This document shows positions 13,381 through 25,310 of a stretch of DNA of 60,407 bases, piece by piece. Under the pieces are notes generated by a model. That model searched no databases. It saw nothing but the letters and a program-made list of their open reading frames with translations, and was not told the DNA's origin. Within the stretch, counting starts at the first letter, position 1. Every line of letters starts with the position of its first letter. Source of the DNA: Craspedostauros australis. Taxonomy: Eukaryota. Where the stretch lies: the NCBI GenBank assembly GCA_030167865.1, contig JALAGF010003140.1:1-60407 (forward strand), written 5' to 3'. The position numbers were made by a program, and so were the translations under genes.

Positions 13381-16319
13381 TGTCACCTGCTCTGGTCTAC
13401 ATTCGCTGCACTTGTTGCAATCTTGATCGTAAAGTACGCAGCGTGGTCTCCTCCCCAGCAGGTTACCAGACGAGCTTCCGCACTCTGAAGTGAGCAATCT
13501 GACGACAGCGATGTTTGGGCGTGAGGGTGTGCGTGTGACAAAGACGGAGTTGATGCAAGTACCTACGCACATACTTTGTACGCACAAATGGATGGGCGAA
13601 TCTCGCTGATTCCACGCTCTCTTGCCCTCGCCCCAACCATGGGAGGTGATTCGCTTCGGCAACGCGATGCGTCGTGCCACGCGCGATCCGCTGAGCTGGC
13701 GAAGGATGAAATCTTGCACACATCGTGGGGCTCTGGTTGTGGTTGATTGGCGCAGCGGAACGTACCGACACCACTTCATTGGTTGTTCCCGTTCCCGTGC
13801 CATGGCTCTTGCTTCGTGTCATTCTGTGGTAGCCGGTGAGCATGTGTGGACGTGAGCAAAATTACCTTCCCTTTTCATCCATGACGGGAAAGAAGAAGGT
13901 GCGCGCGAACAATCCGAGGGAAGGATGGTGATACCGATTGAGACAGCCGGTGCGAGACACACCAACACAATCCAACAGCTCAGTCCGTTTCGTCCTTCGT
14001 CTGTTTTTATCCGCTCACAAGTTTTACCGCGCCTTTTGTTCGCTTTGGAGTTGCCAAAAACAAGAGTGGACGATCCTTGGCGCAAACACAAGGCACAAAG
14101 GCACAAAGGACCAGACACCGTCCTCGTACGTGCCTTGTGCCCTGCCTGCGCTCTGCAGATGCTCGTTCCTGACGAGTGACTCTCTGTCTATCTTCAACAC
14201 CTAACTTGTGATGGTCTGAATCCGAATACGAGCACGACCATACCCGCAGCCACATGAACATGAGGTTGGACACAAATGCGAACAGCGCCTGCATCATCAC
14301 CACCAAAACATCCGCCTTCCCACACAGGCTCAAGGGTGGAGTAATGGTGTGTGCGCGTGGTACCTGGCCTCGATCATACATACAACCTGCAAATCCTCCG
14401 ACCTGCCCAGAGGAATAACATGGCTCGTACCTCTCATGCTCTCTGTGATGGGTGTCGGCAAGGATGAATAGTGTCGTCGACGGCGGTATCAATGTCACAT
14501 TGGCTCCACCACCGACTTGTACCACGATTGATGCTTGCGGACGCAGAACACTGTGCTGCGCCCTGCGATTCTTCCGCAACGTCGCTCTCCTTGTTCACCC
14601 CTGGTTGGATCACCAGTGACAAGACGCGGAGTAGGCCGTATGTACGAATACATACGAGCACCAATGTGACCTCAAAGTGACTTGTTTGCGCTTGCTTCCA
14701 CGAGTAATCGTGTGTGTACCAATACTCCACGGTAGTGAAGAACGTCAAGGGGAGGAGCACAGCGCGCTCAATCGCACATTCTCATTCTTTGTTCGCCCAG
14801 ACACCCACAGGCACCTCCACGCACCCTGACGAAAGCGACAACACACGCATCCTCCGTCTGCATCCATACATTTGCATCCAAGCTTCGATACCCAGTGCCT
14901 TTCGCAGGTGAGCAGAGAGTCGCGACGTTGTGGGAGGCAAACCGAGTGGAATGTATTATATGTCTGTCAATCGCAATGTAGTAGCAATGCAACAAGAATT
15001 GCGCACCGTGCAGCCAAGTGCGAACCATGCGATTGCGACATGGTGAATAGAGAAGCTCTTGCCACATGACGCTCCTCGTGACCACACCCGTGCGCATACG
15101 CCATCTGATTGAGCCAGACGGTGCCTGCCCTGCTTCGAGAGTCTGTTTCTGTGGTGCATGTGGTAGCCGTACAAGACGCCCATTAATACGATCTCCTCGT
15201 GCCCCACAGCGTCACGTGGAGCAGCTTAGAATACTCTGCTGCGGGGTGCTCGAATCGCATCCAAGCTTTGGTCCAAACATGCTGACAGCGAGGAGTTCGG
15301 ATCACAGTGGAAGCACCTTGTGTCCACCACACAATGCAAGAGTGCTGTCTGAAGAGAGACTTCGCAAACACCTGCACGCGCGCACACATTCGTTTCTCTT
15401 CCATCCACACCTCCGCACACGCATGGATCCACCCATCCCCGTGCCTGTCTCCCATACTTGCTCGCTCACACCACTTGCAACGCCAATCCTCATTTTATTG
15501 CCACAGCAGCAACAGAAGCAACAGCGGCAACAGCAGCGCACCATACAAAGCAAACACTACGGGCACGGCACATACTCTACATAGGTCGTTCTCCACCATC
15601 CCACCTCTCCAAGCACTCGATTCTATCCCACGGACTCGTGCGGCACCATCGCAGGCGACGCGCAGAGCAGAGCACAGACCCGAGCACAACAACACGCAAC
15701 CGCTCGTGTCTGCCGTAATTTTGCAGACACGGTAGTGCACCATTTGCTCTCGCAGTTGTTGGCACAAAACGAAACGAGCGAAGCGAACACATCCGCAGAC
15801 GTACACGATTGCGACAGACAAAACCCCGACCACTCCCTTCACCTCCCTGGACGCAAAAGACATCACCGTGCAAGGACAGAACGCATCCAGCACCCACATA
15901 GGATTCCGTCCTCTCCCCTCCTGCGCGTGTTTGTGGACCTCTTTCTCTGTCACTCCCCTTTCCACACACGCGTATTAGTGGCCGTATCATAGTCGTACCT
16001 CTCCGCCACTCAGCAGTCCTCGCACACCACCCGCAGGCATTGGTACTGAGCTCGTACGACCCACCATACCGATAGTCACCACGGATACTACGAGTACGAG
16101 CAGCGTGTGGAAAGACGCACTGAACGGCCAAAGCAGTTGCGACTGGTGACGGTGGCGAATCGCCAACGACGAGGGGCGGCGGGAAAACACCCCAAAAAAA
16201 GGACAACCAGGAAGATTTTAACGAAGACAACCAGCGGAAGGGATAAAGAGACATAGAGCCCTCGTCTCAACACCTTGTTCAAAAAACAAAAAAAGAGACA
16301 GAGAGCCAGTCTTCGAGCA

Positions 16320-19300
16320 ATGGGAGGCACACATCTACCAATCCGCATCGACAAGCATCGGGAGAGGCTGGTGAGCGAGATGAAGGACGCCGCACAAGGC
16401 AACGGCGTGCTTCCCACAAGTCTGAAGAATCTGCAAGTTCCAACCAAAGCCTCAGGGCCATTGGCAGCGCGCCGCGATTCCTTCCAAGTCAAAGAGCAGA
16501 GCCTCCACGATTCCGTCATGATGGATCATCAACAACAGCAACAGCAACAACACGCCGCACAGGACAACGAAACAACGATCGGCACTCCGTCCTCCACCAA
16601 CTCGACCGTCAACGTCCACGCCAACGCCAACGCCAATGGCATCATAAACAATCCACCAGGCAGCGCAGATGCTTCGTCCTCCGCCGCCTCTGCAGCCACG
16701 CAGGCCACTTTGTACCCATCACATGCGACGATATTCGCAACAGCTCCATCTGACACCACCACGCCAACATTGTTCTCAGCAGCAGCAACAGCAGGACGAG
16801 CGGGAGCCCTGGGAGCACCAAGACAAACGGCATTCATGCTGCACCCAGTCACGGCGACGGCGCCTTCACCTGGAACGCTCCTCCAAGCACCACCGCCAGC
16901 AGCATTCGCATTGCCTCCAGGTCACGCCCCCGCAGGGCACCACCTTCTGCCTGTGTCGCCCTTGGAATATGCTGCGCTGCTTCGTCATCAACATGCCCAC
17001 CCGGCCGCCGCCATCTACGGCACGATCCCAGCGGCTCATCCAGGTGTGGCCGGAGCCGCGGCCGCTGTTGGCAATCCGTACGCCACGGCTCCCTTCCTAC
17101 CTGGCACCCGCCAACCCACGCTCACGGCGTTTGCCTCGGTGGAGGAATATGCAAACGCTGCTGCTCTGATGAACCACCCAGCTGTTTCCGCCGTCGACGC
17201 GACAGAAGGGAGCCGAGACCACCCACTCTCCATCATCAACGGCGCCGGCGTACAAAACGACGGCAGCAGCATCAGCGTACGAAGTGCAGCGCAGGCCTCT
17301 TCTGCGAGGGATGCCGCACAAGCACCAAGGCCATCCCACGTCCGCTCCAATGGTCTGGTGGAGATTTCCACCAACGCGACCAACGGCGTTGGCATTGACA
17401 CCCACGCAGTACCCCACCGCCAATCCGCAAACGGCCCGGCTTCTGCCTCCGCGCAATCAACAGACTGTAGCGAAGATACTGCGAGTAGGTCAACATCGAA
17501 AGCGCACCTCGGTCACCAGGGCATCAGCTACATTTTGGCACCAGGTCCCAACGGTAAGTTCTGGCATGGGTATTGGTTTCGATCAGCGTCATCCACATCG
17601 CCATCGACAAACGTGGGCGCAGATCCTCAGATGCGTATGGTATGCTGCTACGGGTGTGGTGCGCCATTGGCTTCTGCATTTCGCAATCTCTCACCGACAT
17701 CAATCCTAACCCAACCTCCTCTCGTCCCATCCGCCCTTCATCGTCATTATTTCTATTATGGTCATCATCATCCTCATCACTCTGTCCTTTTCCTCTCCGA
17801 AATCGCATACACACGCAAATGCACATGCACTCTGCCCACCATCCCATTGACATTGCAACGCTCCGCCACATAGATGTGCTCGACGAGTCGAGTCCTCGTC
17901 CGTGTGCATCTGCAGGAAATTTCAAGTTCGGTGCGTGGATCGCACAGAACCGCATCCTCTTCCTCAGCAACGGGATGAACCTCGACCAGCCGAGAATGGT
18001 TGTCAACCTGCTCCAACAGTGGAAGTGCGGACAGACGCCGCCGGGGCGTTTCCTCACCAAACCTCCTCCATCTGACCATGATGCGCCAGACGACGCGTGG
18101 ATCGAGATGTCGGACGAGGCAGCGCTGAGAGTGCTCATCCAACATCTGACCGGCGATGCGACGCTTGCGCAAACCATGCCGGTAAGCGCAGGCCCCGGTA
18201 ACAACAACACGGCTACTACCAATGGCGAGCAACGCAGCTCCAAGAACTCCCGGCGCACACAGGATGACGACGACCATCGTAGCTCTCCGCATCATGCAAC
18301 GATGAAGCAAGCGGCTCGGCGCCGAACAAAAAACAAGTCCATCAAGAACGGAACTCCACAGGCGGACCACGCACATCAACTTGCGGAGAGTCTGCTGTCT
18401 CTGCGACAAAACAGTAGCCCCTCATCATCGGACAGCGACGATGACGATGACGATGAAAGCCAAAGTGGACGTGGACGTGGACGTGAACGTGAACGTGGAC
18501 GCGAACGTGAACGTGAACGTGAACGCGAACGTTACAGTGAACGGAAGAATCAACGCCTCCAGAAAGAAAGACCTGGCAATCGCGGAGATCACAAAGACCG
18601 CAGCTGCGAGCGCTCTGCGAAGCCTCGCAAGGGGCAAGGATCTGCGTCAAAGTCAGACGAGACAGAGCACAGCGACGACCGCCCAGAATCTCAGCGCGGC
18701 GATTTTACAGCCAGCGGGTACTCCAAGAAGCGGGTTGGGCGAAAGCCTGTGGCTTTGCAGAATGAAGGTCTTATGCGCTTACACAGCAAAGCCGTTGTCT
18801 CCAAGGCCGCAACTGAAGGACGCCCGGGCGAAAAAATCACCAGGCCGCGCATCCATGATGTCCTGTGCGGTCGCGGCAACGGCGTCAACAAGCACGTCGG
18901 CAATATCCAATTCCGACGCATGCTGGAGGCCAATCAGCATCTGTACAAGGAGGCCACAATAACGAACAAACCTGTCGTGGCATCCAACCTGGTGTGGAGA
19001 TGGAAGGAACTGGACCCTCCGGGCCGTTTCTTGAAGAAGAGCAGCGACGGTGCCGCTTGGGTGGAGATGGACGATGTCCAGGCGACGCTCAAAGTCAGCA
19101 AGAGGTTGCGGGATGGCCTCATCCAGGCAGAGAAGGACCGTCAGCTCGCGGCCGAAGGCAAGCTGAAGAAGAAGAAGTACAGGATGGAAGCCATCGAGCC
19201 ACCCGACCTCGCTGCGCTCGCCAAGGCGAAAGCAAAGACGGCCCCGGGAGACGTCGGCGGCTACTTGGAATCGATCCACGCTGCGAGAGCACCCACCACC

Positions 19301-21254
19301 AATTTGGACGGGCAAGGCACAGGCGTGATCTTGTCACTGGCACCGCATCTTCCATCCACGCACAACAACAAGACAGACGCAACCGCATCCCTGCCAGCAG
19401 CACCGCTGCCAACTCCACCATCTACAGTTGCAGTTCCAACCACCACGCCGCCCACCATTTTGGTATCTCAGAATAGCATCGGAAGTGCACGATCTCAAGA
19501 CGCGGAGACATCGCGTGGGGCAGTGGGTTCCGAAAAGGAAGCACATCCCAACCTCGAAGCACAAGTTCTTGGCGCAGACAGGAGCGGGGTTGCCAATCTC
19601 CCCACTGGTCTCGCGAGGTGCAACGATGACTTCCTGCTCCTCGCCTCGTTGTCTCAAAAGAGGCAGGTGCTGTTCCAGCACTTCTTCCAAACCAAGGAAT
19701 TCTCGATGGAACGGTACCAGTGCCTCCGAGAGATCCAGCAGGTGGATGCTTTGCTGCAGCAGCTTCGCATGCGCGCCGTAAGCGAGGAGCAAATGCAGCA
19801 GCAGCAGCTGATCTTCCAAGGTGGTGACGCGCACATCCAAGCTGATACAGTTGTCAAACCACCACAAGAATCAGCAGCAGAGCGCAAGCAAGATGCGGAC
19901 ATCATGGAGGTGGGGCGACATCGTCCCAAGACACAGACGGAGCAATCACCTGCCGACATGGAAGTGGTTCCTGCCAAAACCCCGCGGCTCGATGCGAAAC
20001 AGGCGAAAGAAAAGGAGGCCCGGGAAGACAAGAACAGATCCCTCCCTCCGGTCGTCGAATCCAGCAACAGCCCTATCCTCCGCAGTTCCATCACCGGGAG
20101 TGGTAAGTCATGGTGGCTTTCGAAAACCGTGCTGGCATCAACCTTTGGATATAGTCCCGCATTCTGATTTGCGTCGATATCTTGGCCTTGCTCTTGCCCA
20201 CACACTGATCACAATCTCCATGCTCTAATCTTATCTCCTTTCGTTCCCACTCACAACATCTTCACCCACGCCCACGCGCAACCATGCACGGCACTGCTCC
20301 TGATATCGATCGACCGATCCATCTGGACTCGTAGATGTTCTGTTCTCGGAGGACGATGGTGCGCTCAGACACAGCGGGAATCGCCGCTTCGGGGAGATCA
20401 TCGGCAGTTACATCGAGTCATACGATGGGTTGACCCGCGATCAGAAGTTCCGCACCGCTCTTCACATCGCCCTATCATGGGAATCCCACAAGCCGCCAGG
20501 GCGATTTCTTGTCCTGCAACCCGGTAACAGCACCGTTTGCGTTCCGCTCGATTTGGAAGATGCCATCAAGAAGATCCAACAGGTGGTGCTTGATCTGAAC
20601 CATTCGTTGGCGCCCAAGAACGAGGAGCAGTCGCAAGAACAAGAGCAGCAACAGCACACAGCAGCGGATGGAGCCGCAAACTCCTCGGGGGAAACCGAGG
20701 CCATACCTACGTCCGAAGCGAAGCGCAAGCAAGATCCAGCTGGAAACACCCCGGCTGCTGACCGAACAGAAGAAGACACCAAGGCCTCCGTCAAGCAAGT
20801 CTCAGCGACTCCGATTGCAGACTTCGCAAGATCGCGCAACAAACAACGAGCTGGCCAGAAACGGATGGCCTTCGAACCACCGAACGCTGCCGAACGTCGG
20901 AAAGAGATTGGAGGAGGGAAATCAAGAACAGGAACAGGAGAGGCCCAGCCAAAACGAGCCAAGACATCAACCTCCAACAAACCATCCGCCCGATCCGAAA
21001 ATCACGGCCAAGCCGCGGATGCAAGTGTCGTGGCAAAACCTGGCGACGGGGAACAGTCTAGATCCGACACAGAACGAAGAGGAGAGATCAACGGAGGAAC
21101 CACATGCAAAGAGTCTGGGGAGAAGAAGACTGAGTCCAAAACAACGCACGAAGCGAACGGGAAGAACGGCAAGGCGGCTGCCACCGATGAGAAGGCGATC
21201 GATGCAAGTCTGTTGTTGGATTTTCAAAGAACCGCCGAATCGTCACCTCGATAG
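16320..21254 (+). CDS. Protein with three DUF6824-type domains, ~1460 aa; exons 16320-17553, 17874-20102, 20335-21254
   Basis: Three copies of the DVL...GN..F...PPGRFL pattern: PGPN-DVLDE..AGNFKF..PPGRFL; PRIHDVLCGRGNGVNKHVGNIQFR..PPGRFL; DVLFSE..HSGNRRF..PPGRFL. Both introns are G|GTAAGT...TAG|AT and restore frame. Start ATG uncertain (16320, 16380 or 16518). Confidence 0.85.
18466..18532 (+). repeat. Coding hexamer repeat (GGACGT/GAACGT)n encoding GRGRGRERERGRERERERERER
   Basis: Tandem 6-mers in frame within the DUF6824 gene. Confidence 0.9.
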
Positions 21255-22033
21255 TGTCTCAGTCCGCGCAATTTGGCAGGCATGTGGCCGTGAAGCACGG
21301 CTGTTAAGCAAGACTTATAGTCGGAAGCAATCCACCCAACCAGTACCCAAACCCCTCGTGTAGCACAGTAACTTGCCTATTTCAATTGCTCTTGTCTACA
21401 AGGGTGCTGTATGCTTCCATCTACGTAGAGCCTGCAGGGCAAGCCCTTGGCAGATGCGCATTGCATTCAGCACTTGCCATTGTCACCGCGCACAAGCGGT
21501 GCCCCCAAAAGAACAAGGAGAGCGGAGCGTGCAAAATGGAACACACAGACAGTTGCTCCTTTCACTCTTGGCAAACAGACATTTCGAGACGAGGCGGAAT
21601 GGAGTTGTCAGACAGCCACACGGACGCATAGTACCATACGAGGCCATTTATGATATACATCATGTTTGGTACTCATACGACAGATACAGCCGCGTTGATT
21701 GCAAGATCTTGTGGGCGGATCTTTTGTCGCTGAATCGTTGGATTGCTGGATTGCTGATGACCAACCGCGCCACAAACGAGGTGTGGGTGGCGTGCAACAA
21801 TTCGGAGTCGATCGCCCGCAGCGAGCTCCGCGTTCTCGAACAGGGGATCACGCTGCATTCGTCGTGCATGCAACACTTCCGGTCTCCGCAACACTCGTAG
21901 CGGTCGCCGCACTCAACGCACTCCACGCACTGGCAGTGTTCGCTGTCTCAGATGGCCATCAAGAGCGTGACGATTGCGTCGCGGTGAACAATTGCACACG
22001 CAGGCATCTCGTTGGGCGTCCCCAGAAGAAATC

Positions 22034-22954
22034 ATGTCAGAGGGAACGAACAGGCCCCGCAACCATCTGGTGACAGATGCGACGACGCCGTACAAGTACA
22101 CCTTCGTACAGTATGGCAAACACAACACGATCATGGTGGACCAATCGCCGAAGGAGGAGACATGGCCCGGCGGGGCACTGTGGGACATTGGGGTGCTTCT
22201 GTCTCACGTGGTGGTTGTTATTGCTGGAGCTTGCCCGATCGGAATGAAGAAGATCGATCACATACCGCCGAGATTGTTGGAAGCCTTCTCGTCGTGCAGA
22301 GACTTGACGGTATTGGAGCTCGGGTGTGGGGTCGGGCTGAGTGGACTGGCAGCTGCGGCTGCGATGGGGACGAAGCTCACCATTCTCACTGACCTTCAGG
22401 AGGTGGTGGACGGCATTGCACGCCCAAACCTGATCGAGAACTCCGATGTTGCTGGCGGCAATAAATCGTATAGGCTTTTGAAACAGGGAAAGAGAGGTAG
22501 AGCATTGTCGATGCCGCTTTGCTGGGGCAATGCGGAGGATGAAGATGCAGTGCTTGAAGTGCTCAAGCATCTGCCGGCGCCGAAGATGGCGAGGAGCAGG
22601 AAGTCAGGCAAGGGCAAGAAGGCAATGAAAAGCGATCACATGCCAGATATTGTCCTGATCGGGGATGTGGCCTACCAGCACAAACCTGGCGCCGCGTCAC
22701 ATTTTGATGCCCTCGTTGCGACGTTGCTACGATTCCTTGGCGACGAGACGACCGTCATCTTCGGGACTCGCATGCGTATGCCGGCTTCTGCAGATTTGCT
22801 GGATATGTTCCTCCAGCACATGGATGAAGTCATCGAGCCCATTCCTGCGGATGAAATCGATCCGTCGTTCGCACAGTTCAAGCATCACATATCGATCCAC
22901 GTGATGCGAAAGAAGAAGAAGAAGCAGAACACGAAGTTGACCGGGAGCTCTTGA
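22034..22954 (+). CDS. SAM-dependent protein-lysine methyltransferase, METTL21/Methyltransf_16 family (~306 aa)
   Basis: PGGALWD, VLELGCGVGLSGL, ILTDL, LCWG and IGDVAY motifs; first plausible ATG at 22034. Confidence 0.9.
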   Translation: MSEGTNRPRNHLVTDATTPYKYTFVQYGKHNTIMVDQSPKEETWPGGALWDIGVLLSHVVVVIAGACPIGMKKIDHIPPRLLEAFSSCRDLTVLELGCGVGLSGLAAAAAMGTKLTILTDLQEVVDGIARPNLIENSDVAGGNKSYRLLKQGKRGRALSMPLCWGNAEDEDAVLEVLKHLPAPKMARSRKSGKGKKAMKSDHMPDIVLIGDVAYQHKPGAASHFDALVATLLRFLGDETTVIFGTRMRMPASADLLDMFLQHMDEVIEPIPADEIDPSFAQFKHHISIHVMRKKKKKQNTKLTGSS

Positions 22955-23454
22955 GAGAGATCGCCATCCTCACTGCTTTGATCGTAAACTACAGGTTTTG
23001 AGGAGAGCATGCCGCCGCACTTGCAGCAGAGTGTAATGCCAGACCGCGATGCATTCCATGCTCTCGAGAGCCAAAATGTTGTCTCGCTGTTCCGTCGAGG
23101 TGGGACATCGCAGAGATAAACGGCAGATGTTATTATCATGGCCGCTCTGTTTCCCGCTGAGCTTCTTATCGAGGTTCCACTCGTACTCAACTGCCAGAGA
23201 TGGATACCTCCTTTCACACTCGCAACAGGAAAGCACATAACATGGCACATTACAACATCGTGCAACACAATGCAACATAGCGAAGCATGTGTCAACATCG
23301 AGGGAATGGCAGGGTTGTGCAGAGTACTATGCCCAGGCTTTCGAGGGCCTGACCCTGAGAGACATAGAGCGCCAGACATAGGCCATACTGAAATCGTTGC
23401 GTCTCTGTCTCCAAAGAGAGACAGACAGAGGTTTGTTAGAATCTTGTTTGCTCT

Positions 23455-24324
23455 CTAAGTTGCCTGGTTTAGGATGAAGTAATTCTGATGAGTGCTCTCC
23501 TCCACTCCAACAGCATCCCAGCCTTTCGCTCGCAAGGCGGCGGCGATGAAATTCAATCGCTTCGCATTGACCGCGAAGTCGAGGTATCCCAGGCGGCTTG
23601 CCGAGCGGACCTGGAAGGCTCGTTCTTGGCCAAGGCTGGGGATGTAGGCCAATTCGAAATCATCGATGTAGCCATTTTTGAGAGATTCGAACTGCGCGTA
23701 GATGTAGCGTTTCTTGGGATCGTTGGTGACAACCTTGAAGCCGCCGCCGTCGACGTTGTTCTGACCTGGTTGGTAGGCATCGATGACGGCCGAGAGCTCC
23801 GCGAATGCTCGGTCGCTGTCGTCACCGTATGCCTTCGGCCATACCCAGGAGGGGATGTTGTGGTCGGCATCGTCTTCGAGGCTGTCTGTGGAACAGAAGC
23901 AGTTTGGCGAACCCTTGCAATGCTTGAGGCCCAGGTAGTCCTCGCCTCCCAAATCCTGACGATTAGCGACGCCGAGTTCCCGCGGCATGGACCCTCGTTG
24001 TCTTGGCCTGTCATCGTACTTGTTGGAGATCTTGTTGGGGAACGCGGAAGCTTCATCCGGCGAGGATGCCACGCCGAGCACGAACAGACCTGACAGCGCC
24101 GTCAGCTCCAACACTCCGCGACGAGACACGGCCCCGTTTGGCTCAACATCGGCGGCGCTGGTATCTGGGATCGCCTTGTGGAAGTTCGGCTGCGGCTGGT
24201 GATGCGACAGTCCCCAAGCAGTTCCTGATCCGCTGGGTCCTGCCAGCAAGCACGCAACAATCAACAGCGAACATTTCGCAGGGAATTTGGTTGTGACACA
24301 ACTGTAAGTGCGAGTAGATCTCAT
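23455..24324 (-). CDS. DUF1499-family protein, predicted thylakoid lumen (~289 aa)
   Basis: LKHCKGSPNCFCS, YIDDFE and VRSASRLGYLDFAVNAKR. Hydrophobic signal, then twin-Arg SRRGVL + hydrophobic stretch + ASA cleavage motif. Confidence 0.85.
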   Translation of the reverse strand: MRSTRTYSCVTTKFPAKCSLLIVACLLAGPSGSGTAWGLSHHQPQPNFHKAIPDTSAADVEPNGAVSRRGVLELTALSGLFVLGVASSPDEASAFPNKISNKYDDRPRQRGSMPRELGVANRQDLGGEDYLGLKHCKGSPNCFCSTDSLEDDADHNIPSWVWPKAYGDDSDRAFAELSAVIDAYQPGQNNVDGGGFKVVTNDPKKRYIYAQFESLKNGYIDDFELAYIPSLGQERAFQVRSASRLGYLDFAVNAKRLNFIAAALRAKGWDAVGVEESTHQNYFILNQAT

Positions 24325-25049
24325 CGTCGTGAAGTATTGTGCACTGGTGTCAGTGATGAAGATGAAGATGGTGGGGCAACAATGTCCCTCCTCTTGTGCT
24401 TTGTGATGATCGTTGCTCGTGCGTATGGTTGGTTGGTTGGCATCTCGCAGAGTATCCAAATCCCAATCCAAACATCACATCACATCACATCACATCATAC
24501 ACACATCACCACGCAAAAAACAGCAACTCCTTGTCCGTAATTCACGAACAATGTGACAAGAACAAGTCGTTCGCTTGATCCGCCAACTAGGAAACTGTCC
24601 GAAAAATGAGTGTTCGTTCATCACCGACTTGCGAGTCTTCTCAAACGGACACAAGATTCATCGCAAACCAGAAAATGGAACAGAATTCTGATGCCAACGA
24701 GAACAGGAGCAAACGTCACACAACGCTCTGGTGGACAACATGTCGCACGCGAATCAACAACAAAGCGCGCCGCAACGAACGATGACAACAAACAACACCA
24801 AGATCATTCTTTGCCCAATCGCAGCTTGTGCGTATGAGTGGGGGTGTGGTGCGTTGGGCGTTGCTGCGAGAAGGGAGAGAGTACGAGTATAATATTCTAG
24901 AGATCGTACTCATACATGGAGTACTCGTATTCACCACAGATAATAGCTCGTGCGATTACTCCTACTCCACTCGGACGTATTGACACTGACACAGACACAG
25001 ACACCTTGCTTGGACCATTGATAGGATTGTTGCGTGGTCAACGTCAACG

Positions 25050-25082
25050 GATCCATCAATTGATCCATCAATTGATCCATCA
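25050..25082. repeat. 12-bp tandem repeat GATCCATCAATT (~2.7 copies)
   Basis: Direct reading; lies in the divergent spacer between the DUF1499 and deaminase genes. Confidence 0.85.
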
Positions 25083-25310
25083 TTCAAGGAGGCAGCAACA
25101 AGATACTCCATGTCCCATCCTCCATGCTCGCACCTGGACCAAAATACAAGTCTGCCAAACTCGTACCATCGCCAAACAAATTGACGCAAGGAAATACAGG
25201 ACCATCTGAGCTCGGTGGGGGGATCTCATTTCGCAATCGAGACCTGCATCACATTCTGGGGATCGTCAAGTCCGCAAGCATCGCTCCTCTTGGAGGCGCC
25301 AACAAGCATC

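Noticed and set aside
18342-18962. VDVDVNVN and HVHVHV repeat ORFs
   Set aside because: Alternative frames of the hexamer repeat encoding GR/ER in the DUF6824 gene.
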